Source: an uncultured Pelagibacteraceae bacterium
GTDB lineage: Bacteria > Pseudomonadota > Alphaproteobacteria > Pelagibacterales > AG-422-B15
Assembly: GCA_902571005.1 (NCBI GenBank)
Contig: CACGAG010000009.1
Span: forward strand, 184-64,183
Length of the DNA stretch: 64,000 bases
Direction of reading: 5' to 3'
This document shows positions 54,852 through 64,000 of this stretch, piece by piece (the stretch's first letter is position 1; every line of letters begins with the position of its first letter). Below the pieces are notes generated by a model, which was given only the letters and a program-made list of their open reading frames with translations, was not told the origin of the DNA and ran no database searches. Both the position numbers and the translations under genes were made by a program.

Positions 54852-55412
54852 ATGTGTGGGCGTTTTGTTCTCTCTGACAAAAAAGTTATTAAAGATAAAT
54901 TTAATTTTGAACTAGCACCCTCGTATAATATAGCTCCTTCACAAGATGTATTGGTTATAAAACCAGATCCCGTGTTTATGAAATGGTCATATTCACCAAA
55001 ATGGAAAGATGATATGAACTTGATTAATTGTCGTCACGAAACGTTATTAGAAAAACCTTCTTTTAAGGGATCACTTAGATGTGTTTTTCTTGCAAATGGT
55101 TGGTATGAATGGCAGAGGCAAAATAACTCTAAAACTCCTTTTTTCCATTATATTGAAAATGAATTGATGTATTTCGCTGGTATTTATAATTTGAATAGTG
55201 GATGTGCAGTTGTAACTTGCCAGTCAAGTAAAACTGTCTCTCATGTGCATCATAGACAACCTTTGCTTTTAGATGAATCTCAAACAACTGAATGGATAGA
55301 AGGAAAGCATGAAATTGAAAGAAAAAAAGACGATCAAATTCAAGTTTATGAAGTCTCAAAAAATGTTAATAGTCCCCGTAATAATAACCCTGAGTTGTTA
55401 GAAAAATCTTAA
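54852..55412 (+). CDS. SOS response-associated peptidase (SRAP/YedK/HMCES; abasic-site protection)
   Basis: N-terminal MCGRF (Cys2), YNIAPSQ, GWYEW, HHRQP, VNSPRNN. Confidence 0.9.
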   Translation: MCGRFVLSDKKVIKDKFNFELAPSYNIAPSQDVLVIKPDPVFMKWSYSPKWKDDMNLINCRHETLLEKPSFKGSLRCVFLANGWYEWQRQNNSKTPFFHYIENELMYFAGIYNLNSGCAVVTCQSSKTVSHVHHRQPLLLDESQTTEWIEGKHEIERKKDDQIQVYEVSKNVNSPRNNNPELLEKS

Positions 55413-55428
55413 TCTATATAATCGTGTA

Positions 55429-57033
55429 ATGAGTAAATTTTATACGTTCATAGACAGTACTTTTATTGATTTAGGAAGGCAATTTAAATTAAGTTATCTA
55501 CCGCCTTTAATGATATATGTTGCTGCTGGTGTTTCGGGTTTAACTGGAATCGTTGGAACCTTTTTTGTAAAAGATTATCTAAATCTTTCGGCTGCTTTTT
55601 TAGCAGGACTTGGTTTTTGGGCAGGAATTCCATGGGCATTAAAGATGCCACTTGGTCATTTAGTTGACCTAATCTGGGAAAGAAAAAATTACCTTGTTTA
55701 TGTAGGCGCATCACTCATTGCTTTAAGTCTTGCTATCATGTACGGCCTTATTATTCATACTGACTTCATGGTAAGGTACTTAAGTGTTGAAAGTTGGTAT
55801 GTTATTAGTGTTCTCCTAGCTCCAATAGGTTATGTGGTTCAAGACGTTGTTGCTGATGCAATGACGGTTGAAGCAATCCCAAACATAGATCTCAAAGGAA
55901 ATCAATACTCAGCTGATGTAATAAAAAACATGCATACCACCATGCAGACACTAGGCAGATTTGCTATTATTGGTGGTACAGTAATTGTTGCATTAATTAA
56001 TGTTGTTATTTTCAGTAGCGTTGAGGCTGAAACAGAAAAAGAAAAAATAATTTTGTACGGGAATATTTACCTCTTCGCGTTGATCATTCCGATCATATCA
56101 ATATTAGGGGTATTACTCTCAATTTATTTAAAAAAGAAAAAAAACGATCAACTTTCAAAGTTGGGAATAGATCATCAAATCGAAATTAAAAAAACTAAGG
56201 TTGATTGGTGGATACTTGGAGGCTCTCTCATTTTTGTAATGTTTACACTTAGCGTGGGAGGATTTAATCTTCCGTATGCACAAGAGTTCGTATTCTTTGG
56301 ATCAGTAAGTATTATATTTTTTCTGATGGCTAAACTAATGCGTGAACTTCCTGAGTCGATGCGACTCACAATTTTAGGAACGGCAATAATAATATTTATT
56401 TTCAGAGCGATGCCAGGCCCAGGCCCAGGACTTACCTGGTTTGAGATTGATAATTTAGGATTTGATGAGCAGTTCTTTTCTGTGCTTTCTCTTCTTGCCT
56501 CCTGTTTGACTTTACTTGGTATCATTATTTTAAGGCCTTTTATGGTCAATAACTCAATTGCAAAAATAATAGTGATATTATCAATTGCTGGAGCAATATT
56601 ATTTTTGCCAAGTGTTGGCATGTATTATGGATTTCATGAATGGACTTCGTCATTAACAAATGATGTCGTGGATGCGCGATTTATTGCAATATTTAATACA
56701 GCTTTAGAGTCACCCTTGGGACAAGTTTCAATGATTCCACTTCTTGCGTGGATTGCAAGAAATGCTCCAGCTCATCTAAAGGCTACATTTTTTGCTGTAT
56801 TTGCATCGTTTACCAATTTAGCACTATCCGCAAGTGCATTGCTTACAAAGTATCTCAATCAAATTTACGAAGTAACGAGGGAAGTCAAGGATAAGGTAAC
56901 AAATGAGATGCTCTCAATTGCTGATTATTCTGACCTAGGTATTTTATTGATTGTTGTAACTCTGCTCACTCTTTTGGTACCAACAATTTCTGTTATAATC
57001 ATTCAGAAAACTAGTCTAAAAACGGATGAATAA
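55429..57033 (+). CDS. BT1/folate-biopterin-transporter-like MFS protein
   Basis: Many TM segments, PWALKMPLGHLVD, QDVVADAMTVE, PLGQVSMIP, ATFFA. Confidence 0.72.
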   Translation: MSKFYTFIDSTFIDLGRQFKLSYLPPLMIYVAAGVSGLTGIVGTFFVKDYLNLSAAFLAGLGFWAGIPWALKMPLGHLVDLIWERKNYLVYVGASLIALSLAIMYGLIIHTDFMVRYLSVESWYVISVLLAPIGYVVQDVVADAMTVEAIPNIDLKGNQYSADVIKNMHTTMQTLGRFAIIGGTVIVALINVVIFSSVEAETEKEKIILYGNIYLFALIIPIISILGVLLSIYLKKKKNDQLSKLGIDHQIEIKKTKVDWWILGGSLIFVMFTLSVGGFNLPYAQEFVFFGSVSIIFFLMAKLMRELPESMRLTILGTAIIIFIFRAMPGPGPGLTWFEIDNLGFDEQFFSVLSLLASCLTLLGIIILRPFMVNNSIAKIIVILSIAGAILFLPSVGMYYGFHEWTSSLTNDVVDARFIAIFNTALESPLGQVSMIPLLAWIARNAPAHLKATFFAVFASFTNLALSASALLTKYLNQIYEVTREVKDKVTNEMLSIADYSDLGILLIVVTLLTLLVPTISVIIIQKTSLKTDE

Positions 57034-57036
57034 TTA

Positions 57037-57204
57037 ATGAAAAATGTATTACAGATCCTTGGTGTTTTTTTTGTAGGCGCCCTAATAGGTTTTATTTTAT
57101 TAAGCTTTGGTCTGTCAGTAGATATTTCAATGATGACAGGTACGGTTGTAATTCTTGTACTGGCTTACCTTGTTACCAAACAAAACAATAAAGAAAGAAA
57201 ATAA
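57037..57204 (+). CDS. Small 55-aa two-TM membrane protein, absent from the ORF track
   Basis: ATG 57037 to TAA 57204; MKNVLQILGVFFVGALIGFILLSFGLSVDISMMTGTVVILVLAYLVTKQNNKERK; fills the gap exactly and its stop overlaps the GST ATG (TAATG). Confidence 0.7.
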   Translation: MKNVLQILGVFFVGALIGFILLSFGLSVDISMMTGTVVILVLAYLVTKQNNKERK

Positions 57205-58058
57205 TGGTTCAAATTCCAAGCGATCAAATCAAAACTAGAGAAATACTAAATTGGAAGGGTTTGCATTTATTTCATTTTAGAACTTCATCATGTTCGCAAA
57301 AACTTAGGATCTATTTAAACTTAAAAAAAATTTCATGGACACCTCACAGCATTAATCTTGCTACAGGAAAAAACTTTTCGGAATTCTTTCTAGGTATCAA
57401 TCCAAAAGGATTGGTTCCTGTTCTCGTGGATGATGGTCGTGTAGAAATTGAGAGCAATGATATCCTCATGTATCTCGAAGATAAATTTCCTGAAAACCCA
57501 CTTGTTCCTGACTCTGATACAACAGAAATTGGCACGTTACTGAAAGAAGAAGATGATTTGCATGAGGATATAAGAAATATTGCTTATCGATATATGTTTG
57601 GTGGACTCGGCAAAAAAGACCCTAATGAATTAGACGCGTTTGAAAAATATAAATCATCTAATAGTGAGCTGGACTATCTAAAATTAAAAGAAGTAAAGTT
57701 TTATAAGTCATTTCGTGAAAATGGAATAACTGATGAAGCAGTTAAAAACTCACTCAATAATTTTTGTAAATGTTATGATAAGTACGAGTCTCTATTAAAT
57801 AAGCAAAAATACTTAATGGGCAACAATCTTACAATGCTTGATCTTGCCTGGTTTATTTATACATATAGGCTTTATGTGTCAGGATTTCCATTTAAAGACC
57901 GTTATCCAAAAATATCTGAATGGTTTCTTGATCTTTATTCTCGAAAAGAATTTTTTAAAGAGGTTAATGATCCGTTGCCTCTAAAGCTAATTAGGCTTTA
58001 CGCTAAGACATCAACATCTTTGAGTGGAAAGTCAATTAAAGCTCTGCTTTCAAAATAA
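57204..58058 (+). CDS. Glutathione S-transferase family protein
   Basis: SSCSQKLRI, GINPKGLVPVLV, ESNDILMYL, YLMGNNLTMLD. Confidence 0.88.
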   Translation: MVQIPSDQIKTREILNWKGLHLFHFRTSSCSQKLRIYLNLKKISWTPHSINLATGKNFSEFFLGINPKGLVPVLVDDGRVEIESNDILMYLEDKFPENPLVPDSDTTEIGTLLKEEDDLHEDIRNIAYRYMFGGLGKKDPNELDAFEKYKSSNSELDYLKLKEVKFYKSFRENGITDEAVKNSLNNFCKCYDKYESLLNKQKYLMGNNLTMLDLAWFIYTYRLYVSGFPFKDRYPKISEWFLDLYSRKEFFKEVNDPLPLKLIRLYAKTSTSLSGKSIKALLSK

Positions 58059-59380
58059 TGACTGCCCAAGATAGATTATCCATACTTGAGGGATACTATA
58101 AATCTCACTGGCCTGTTGAATGTGGTGGAAATCGACGTCAAAAGGCAACCGAAGGATCTTTAAACGCTCGTGAAAAAAAAGCTGTTGTACAAAGCATACG
58201 AAATGAACGCTGGAATGTTATGACAATTTATCGTGATAATAATGAAATTTTTTTGGGCGGAACGATGCCAAGCTTTACAGGTCCAGAACCATTTGGATGG
58301 CTTCAAAAAATTGAACCTGAGTCTTTGGAAATATTAGAAGAAACGCCAAAATTACCATGCGGTGGTCACGTCTGGTGTGGCGCTATTGCAGCACATCAAA
58401 ACGGCAATATCATCAAGGTTAATGGAAACTACATGCATATTATTTCAAAAGAATGTGAAGTGATTAAAGAGTCAAAATTACCCATTGATCAGGCGCATAA
58501 CGGTTTACTAATATTATCAGATGGAACAATCGTCACTAAAGATTTACGTTTAGAAGGTCAAGGTTGTTCAACAATTACAAGATTAGATCAAAATCTAGAT
58601 GTTTTACATGAACCCATGCAATTGCCTGAAGGATCTATGGGAAGAATTGCCTCAGACAAAACAGAAGATGGTGAGTTCATTTTTATTCCAGGTATTGAAA
58701 AAATATGGAAAATAAAAGTTCTGCCAAACGATCTAGAAGTTACTTCAGACTGGTCACCTAATTATAGGAAATCAAATGATGATCAAGGATTATCATGGGA
58801 TGGCTGTATATCAGATGGATCACTCTGGCTGATGAATAACGGTGACATCGACTCTTTAAGAGCGATTTATTCAACTCATCCAAACGGTAGATTTAAAACT
58901 GCACCAAAAGAATTAAGTTGGAGACGTCCTGCTCCTTGGTCATGCAAGCAAAGGCTTTATAGATTTGATTTAATGTCAGAACAATTTGAATATATTGAAC
59001 CATTTGAACATCATGGAGGGGGTATTATTGCACCACCCGTAAATATTCCCGAATGTAATATCTGTGTATGCTGGGATAGTATAAATGGCGGCATAGCAGG
59101 TATTGATACGTCAAATAAATCGCTAAAAATATCATGGAAGATTGATAGTCTTAGACCAACAATGCAACCAGTTGTGTTTCCTGAAAGCAAAGAGTTAGTA
59201 ATTAATAGTTTCGAGAATCATGACGATCACTTAGTGGTAATAGACCTATCTAGTGGAGAAATACTCTCAAAGGTTGCACTCAATTCACCTCTCGCCAATG
59301 GCATGTTTTTAACACCAGGCTTAAAGAATGATATTTTTTATTGCTCAACAAGAACCTTTGCACGAGTATCTTGGAAGTAA
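58058..59380 (+). CDS. Hypothetical protein, possibly beta-propeller
   Basis: 440-aa ORF coupled to GST (TAATG); beta-rich repeated segments; no family recognised. Confidence 0.7.
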   Translation: MTAQDRLSILEGYYKSHWPVECGGNRRQKATEGSLNAREKKAVVQSIRNERWNVMTIYRDNNEIFLGGTMPSFTGPEPFGWLQKIEPESLEILEETPKLPCGGHVWCGAIAAHQNGNIIKVNGNYMHIISKECEVIKESKLPIDQAHNGLLILSDGTIVTKDLRLEGQGCSTITRLDQNLDVLHEPMQLPEGSMGRIASDKTEDGEFIFIPGIEKIWKIKVLPNDLEVTSDWSPNYRKSNDDQGLSWDGCISDGSLWLMNNGDIDSLRAIYSTHPNGRFKTAPKELSWRRPAPWSCKQRLYRFDLMSEQFEYIEPFEHHGGGIIAPPVNIPECNICVCWDSINGGIAGIDTSNKSLKISWKIDSLRPTMQPVVFPESKELVINSFENHDDHLVVIDLSSGEILSKVALNSPLANGMFLTPGLKNDIFYCSTRTFARVSWK

Positions 59381-59458
59381 ATTTGAACTAATATTTATTC
59401 TTTCAAAGGTAAGTATTTTAATTAGAATTTGTAAAAAACAAAATACAGGAGACAAAAT

Positions 59459-59752
59459 ATGGAATTTTGTAATGCCGTGAGGTTTAAAGTTAAAGAAGGT
59501 TGTGAAGAAGAATACTTAGAAATAAACAAAAGTTTTGAAAATTTACCGGGTCAGAAAATGAGTCGTCTTTTTAAAACAGGAGACCGTACATATTGTTTTA
59601 TTGGAATTTGGGAATCTGAGGAAGCTATAGCCGCTCAAAGAGAAAATATGATTGGAAACTTGGATAAAGTTAGACACTTACTAGAGGAGTTATCTCCTGA
59701 ATTAGGCGTAACTGATCCTGTTTCAGGAACGGTTGTTCTTGATTATAGCTGA
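59459..59752 (+). CDS. Small dimeric alpha/beta-barrel protein (DUF718/ABM-like)
   Basis: VRFKVKEG, TYCFIGIWESEE, GVTDPVSG; RBS AGGAG upstream. Confidence 0.65.
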   Translation: MEFCNAVRFKVKEGCEEEYLEINKSFENLPGQKMSRLFKTGDRTYCFIGIWESEEAIAAQRENMIGNLDKVRHLLEELSPELGVTDPVSGTVVLDYS

Positions 59753-60013
59753 TAAATCAGGTTAAAATCTTTCTATGCATTTAGATCTACCAGAGCTGTT
59801 ATTTGGCATACCTTTGCACTTAACACTTTTGTGTATTTCTAAATTTTACGCAAACAGGTCATATGATGAAGCAGCAAGATATTTTAGTAAGGCGAGTAAA
59901 GTTTAGAAATTTACTTCCACCTGTAATTAAGCTGGTCATCAAAAGAAAATGTAATTTAAGTTTAATTGACTTAAACAAAACAGTTAGATCATCTAAAATA
60001 TATCATTAATAAT

Positions 60014-60802
60014 ATGAGCTTAACCGACGAAGGACATTACGGCCCCAAACAACTAAATATGCTCAAAACTGTTTGGGGTGAGGGTTTTCTATCGCCTGGT
60101 GGGACAGAAGAAATTGATCAGATTTTAAAAGGATTAAATCTAAAAAATAAAAAAGTTCTAGATATTGGATGTGGAACCGGCGGTGCAGTTTTTCATATGA
60201 TTGAAAAATATGGTGCAAAGAAAGTTATTGGAATAGATCCAGAACCGTTAGTAATTGAAACAGCAAATAATTTAGCGTTAAAGAAGAATTTATCTGATAA
60301 AGCAAAATTTATTTGTACAAAGCCTGGAGAATATAAATTTGAAGATAAAAGTTTTGAGGCAGTATTTAGTAAAGAAGCATTTTTACATATTATCGATAAA
60401 AAAAACTTACTCAAAGAGATAAACGAGATCTTAGCTGACAATGGCATTCTTGCGGTTGGTGATTGGATGAGAAATGATGACAACGAACCATCAGAACAGA
60501 TGAAAGAATATATTGCCGCAGAAGGCCTCGATATGTTCATGTGCTCATTAGAAAAGTACGAAAGTCTTTTAAAAGAAACAGGATTTAAAGTTCTCTCACT
60601 AAATGATCGTAATAAATGGTATCTCGAAAAAGTTAAGACAGAAATATCAGATATAAGAGGGCCACTTTATGATGATGTTGTAAATCTTATAGGAAAAGAA
60701 GAGGCAGACGGCGCACTTGAAATTTGGGAAAAACTTCTTGGCGTTGTGGAAAAAGGGGAACATCGCCCTGGTAATTTTCAAGCCGTAAAAATTTCAACCT
60801 AA
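60014..60802 (+). CDS. Class I SAM-dependent methyltransferase (phosphoethanolamine/betaine-type N-methyltransferase-like)
   Basis: WGEGFLSPGG, motif I VLDIGCGTGG, FSKEAFLHI, GDW. Confidence 0.82.
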   Translation: MSLTDEGHYGPKQLNMLKTVWGEGFLSPGGTEEIDQILKGLNLKNKKVLDIGCGTGGAVFHMIEKYGAKKVIGIDPEPLVIETANNLALKKNLSDKAKFICTKPGEYKFEDKSFEAVFSKEAFLHIIDKKNLLKEINEILADNGILAVGDWMRNDDNEPSEQMKEYIAAEGLDMFMCSLEKYESLLKETGFKVLSLNDRNKWYLEKVKTEISDIRGPLYDDVVNLIGKEEADGALEIWEKLLGVVEKGEHRPGNFQAVKIST

Positions 60803-60803
60803 A

Positions 60804-61043
60804 ATGGGCAATAAACTATCGCAGTCAGACATCGATCGCGTTATAGAAATGGCTTGGGAAGATAGAACAACTTTCGCTGATATTAGGAAACAATTTGGAA
60901 TACAAGAGAAAGAAGTTATTAAATTAATGAAAGAGAATATGAAAAGGTCCTCTTTTTTAATGTGGAGAAAGCGAGTAAGGGGAAGAAAAACTAAAATTAG
61001 TCCAATTTCAGATCGATTTAAATCATCTAATCAGAAATCATAG
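60804..61043 (+). CDS. TIGR03643/DUF2805 family protein
   Basis: IDRVIEMAWEDRT, QFG, EVIKLM, SSFLMWRKRV. Confidence 0.8.
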   Translation: MGNKLSQSDIDRVIEMAWEDRTTFADIRKQFGIQEKEVIKLMKENMKRSSFLMWRKRVRGRKTKISPISDRFKSSNQKS

Positions 61044-61045
61044 TA

Positions 61046-61417
61046 ATGAGTAATATAAAAAATATATCTGCAGAAAATTGCTATAGCACAATTAAAGAAA
61101 ATAAAGATGCATATCTAGTTGATGTACGTACACCTTACGAATGGGAAACATTCGGAAGAGTGGATGAAGACTCTTTTGATGCTCGATATATGGAATTAAC
61201 TCTCATTAATGAAGAAGGTGATGAAAACACTAATTTTTTGGATCAATTCAATTCTTATGGAGTATCAAAAAATTCAGAAATTTACTTTATTTGTAAGTCA
61301 GGAGCAAGGTCCATGCATGCTGCTTTAATATTAGAGTCAAATGGTTATCAAAATCTTTATAATGTTGAGGATGGATTTGTTATTGGTTGGAAACCAAGTG
61401 GCTTGCCGTCAAAATAA
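61046..61417 (+). CDS. Rhodanese-like protein
   Basis: LVDVRTPYEW, active-site loop ICKSGARS, YNVEDGF, GWK. Confidence 0.88.
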   Translation: MSNIKNISAENCYSTIKENKDAYLVDVRTPYEWETFGRVDEDSFDARYMELTLINEEGDENTNFLDQFNSYGVSKNSEIYFICKSGARSMHAALILESNGYQNLYNVEDGFVIGWKPSGLPSK

Positions 61418-61427
61418 TTTCTAAGAA

Positions 61428-62039
61428 TTAATCAGAAACAGTAATAATCTTATCGATTAATTTCTCAATATCATTATCGTTATTTGCTAGAAATGACTGA
61501 AACTCTTCTCTTTGTGCAATTACAAGGCTGATACCTTCAATATTTAGATCAATTATCTTTATATCACCGTCTCTATTAATTAGTCTCCACTTTAAATTTA
61601 TTTTTAAAGTATCAGTTCCTTCTCGTACAATATTACTTTCAACAATTACGTATTTTCCTGCAGCTTCAGAACCAACAATTTGAACTTGCTCTCCAGAGTA
61701 CTGATCAAGCTTATTTGCATAGGAGTTGATAAAATAATCTTTAAATGCAATCAAATATCTTTCTTTTTGTTCATCTGTTGAATTTTTCCAAGTTTTAGAG
61801 AGTACGAATTTTGAAATTAAATTTAGGTCAATTGCATTCATTACAACGTTGGTGAAACGAGACGTTTTATCATTTTCGCTAATACTCTCGTCACTTAAAA
61901 TCTCAATCGCTTGGTCTGCAAAGTTTGACACAAACTCTTCTTCTTGAGCGAACTCTGAGCTTTGGGCGTAAGCCGCGAAAGAAAGCAAAAAAATTAGAAT
62001 CCAGCTATAATATTTAATTTTAATCATAAATAATCTCAA
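61428..62039 (-). CDS. mlaC: MlaC/Ttg2D phospholipid-binding protein
   Basis: Signal peptide, KIIDLNIEGISLV..QREEF; adjacent to mlaA. Confidence 0.85.
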   Translation of the reverse strand: MRLFMIKIKYYSWILIFLLSFAAYAQSSEFAQEEEFVSNFADQAIEILSDESISENDKTSRFTNVVMNAIDLNLISKFVLSKTWKNSTDEQKERYLIAFKDYFINSYANKLDQYSGEQVQIVGSEAAGKYVIVESNIVREGTDTLKINLKWRLINRDGDIKIIDLNIEGISLVIAQREEFQSFLANNDNDIEKLIDKIITVSD

Positions 62040-62841
62040 TATCCGGTCCTACATAACTTTCATCAATATCAAAGTCATCAAAAATATCATTTTCTTGATC
62101 TTGAGTATTACTTTCTAAGTTATTTGAGGCCTGACTTTCTCTTCCTTGCGAATAAAAGCTTCTTACTGCTGCATAGTAATCAATTGAATTATTTTGAAGA
62201 TCATCAAGAATTTCTATGTTTTGGGATCTAAAGTCAACCGCGCCAGTGCCCATCCTGTAAGTTCTTAGAGAGTCAGGAGCAGACCCACCTCCCACTTGAT
62301 ACATTGGATCTAGCAGTGAGGTTGATAACATTCCTGCAAAGTCTCTTGGTGTGGAAGGTCCTAAGAAAGGTAAAACTAAGTATGGACCAGACTCAACACC
62401 CCATACACTCAAAGTTTGTCCAAAGTCTTCGTTTTCGGATACAAGACCCATACTTGCTGCTGGATCAAAGAATCCAAGTATTCCAACAGTTGAGTTAATA
62501 ATAAATCGAGATGTTGATACTCCGGCTTTTCTTAACTCGCCTTGCAATACATTATTCACAGCTGTGATTGGCATACCTAAATTATTTAAAGAGTATGTAA
62601 CTCTGTTTCTAACAAACTCTGGAACAATGGCTCTGTAGGTGAGGGCAATTGGCCTTAAGATGAGCTTATCAAAAATAATATTAAATTGAAAAACCACTCG
62701 ATTTACTTTTTCAAGTGGGTCATTAACACTAACTATTTTAGTTTCAGAATTACTATAGTTCACCGAAGCTTCTTTTGAAGCACATCCTTGCAATACAAGA
62801 ATAGAACTTAGAAATAAAACTATTAATATTCTATATTTCAT
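62020..62841 (-). CDS. mlaA: MlaA/VacJ lipoprotein
   Basis: Lipobox LQGC, DPLEKVNR, RFIINSTVGILG, EDFGQTL, GPYLVLPFLGPST. Confidence 0.93.
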   Translation of the reverse strand: MKYRILIVLFLSSILVLQGCASKEASVNYSNSETKIVSVNDPLEKVNRVVFQFNIIFDKLILRPIALTYRAIVPEFVRNRVTYSLNNLGMPITAVNNVLQGELRKAGVSTSRFIINSTVGILGFFDPAASMGLVSENEDFGQTLSVWGVESGPYLVLPFLGPSTPRDFAGMLSTSLLDPMYQVGGGSAPDSLRTYRMGTGAVDFRSQNIEILDDLQNNSIDYYAAVRSFYSQGRESQASNNLESNTQDQENDIFDDFDIDESYVGPDIEIIYD

Positions 62842-62935
62842 TGAAATAATGCTATTCTATATGAATTTTCTAATCAAATTAATATTTTAGTGTAATCGCA
62901 TTATAGTTAGAAAATGATACAGAAATGAGCCAGTA

Positions 62936-63835
62936 TTGAGAACAATTGACATATTCATTGTATTATCCATTAATCTAGCGTGGGGACTGGCATTTATTTC
63001 TGCAAAAATTGGTGTAAATGAATTTCCACCATTTTTATTTACAACAATGAGATTTCTAATCATTGCAGTTTTACTCATACCCTTTTTGAAAATTCACCGC
63101 GGCCAAATGACTAATATTTTAATTATTTCTATATTAGGAGGAGGTATTCATTTTGCATTTTTCTATCTTGCTCTTGATAATTCTCAATTTATTTCCTCTG
63201 TTGCTGTGGTTCTTCAATTAGGTGTACCATTTGCAACTATCTTATCCGTTATATTTTTAGGTGAGGTAATTAAGTGGAAGCGTATTCTTGGAATAGCACT
63301 TGCATTTGGGGGAGTTATTATTTTGATTTTTGAGCCTACAATATTTTCTGATCTCGGTGGCGTTTATTATGCATTATTGGCGGCTTTATCTATTGCTATC
63401 AGCCTTCTTTTTATGAAGAAGTTAAAAGATGTTAAAGTATTTGATCTACAAGCTTGGATTGCTTTTATAAGCTTTTTATTCTTGGCAACAATTTCATTTC
63501 TAATTGAGGAAAATCAATTAGACTTGATCTTAAATGCATCCATAATTGGTTGGGGAGCTATATTATTTACTGCGTTTGCCGCAACAGCTATCGGCCATGC
63601 AGGTTTTTATTACTTAATAACAAAATATGAATTATCAAAAATTACACCTCTAACCCTCCTTGCTCCGGTACTTGCGATAATAAATGCATTGATTATTTCT
63701 TATTTTTCTCTTTATGAGGGATTTAATGAAGTGCTTACATTTAAAATTATCTTTGGTGCAACCATGTCATTCACGGGAGTTGCTATTGTAATGATGAGAG
63801 AACCAGAAGAGGAAAAGGTATCAAGTTCACCATGA
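62936..63835 (+). CDS. EamA/DMT-family transporter
   Basis: 10 TM in two EamA repeats, QLGVPFATIL. Confidence 0.88.
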   Translation: MRTIDIFIVLSINLAWGLAFISAKIGVNEFPPFLFTTMRFLIIAVLLIPFLKIHRGQMTNILIISILGGGIHFAFFYLALDNSQFISSVAVVLQLGVPFATILSVIFLGEVIKWKRILGIALAFGGVIILIFEPTIFSDLGGVYYALLAALSIAISLLFMKKLKDVKVFDLQAWIAFISFLFLATISFLIEENQLDLILNASIIGWGAILFTAFAATAIGHAGFYYLITKYELSKITPLTLLAPVLAIINALIISYFSLYEGFNEVLTFKIIFGATMSFTGVAIVMMREPEEEKVSSSP

Positions 63836-64000
63836 AAATTGAATATCTAAAATCCGCAAATTTTGAACAAGTAAAAAGAAGAAATATTAAATATGTAATC
63901 ATACATTATACAGGAATGAAAACAGCGCAGGAGTCAATTAAAAGACTTAGATCAAAAAAACATAAAGTGAGCTCACATTATTTTATTAATGAAAGAGGAA
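63832..64000 (+). CDS. N-acetylmuramoyl-L-alanine amidase (AmiD/AmpD type), 5' fragment
   Basis: ATG 63832 (ATGA overlap): MKIEYLKSANFEQVKRRNIKYVIIHYTGM...KVSSHYFINERG; IIHYT and VSSHY are Amidase_2 motifs; runs off the window. Confidence 0.82.
   Translation, partial: MKIEYLKSANFEQVKRRNIKYVIIHYTGMKTAQESIKRLRSKKHKVSSHYFINERG

Noticed and set aside
60821-60827. Isolated GCAGTCA as a further arm site
   Set aside because: It is a single copy inside the TIGR03643 coding sequence, with no 11-bp partner and no nearby tRNA fragment.

Overview
About 64 kb of an AT-rich, gene-dense alphaproteobacterial chromosome, probably a streamlined marine lineage. Lineage evidence is ccrM, petABC, the petP/petR-like regulators, the ELM1 family and very short or overlapping intergenic spaces; the exact clade cannot be determined from sequence alone. 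Positions 1-48.9 kb are almost all housekeeping genes: mutY, ccrM, rnhB, UDG, ETF-QO, ispE, tRNA-Gln, cca, greA, hemF, petABC, ychF-pth-rplY-prs, lgt, proC, ilvE, uvrC/uvrB, trxB, carAB and dnaG-rpoD. The most unusual structure follows rpoD. An intact tRNA(CAU), probably Ile2, lies at 48934-49010, and its 3' half (46-47 bp from the anticodon loop to CCA) recurs exactly at 50129-50175 and 51086-51131. These copies delimit two tandem units of 1165 and 956 bp. Each unit holds one envelope-targeted hypothetical ORF and no integrase. Each is bracketed at both ends by paired GCAG(T/G)C direct repeats with 11-bp period, resembling tyrosine-integrase arm sites, and each unit has its own repeat variant. 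I interpret this as a tRNA-anchored array of integrase-less single-gene cassettes (inference). Downstream (51.2-61.4 kb) is a co-oriented run of accessory metabolic genes, then mlaC/mlaA, an EamA transporter and a partial amidase. No CRISPR array, rRNA, transposase or integrase gene was seen.
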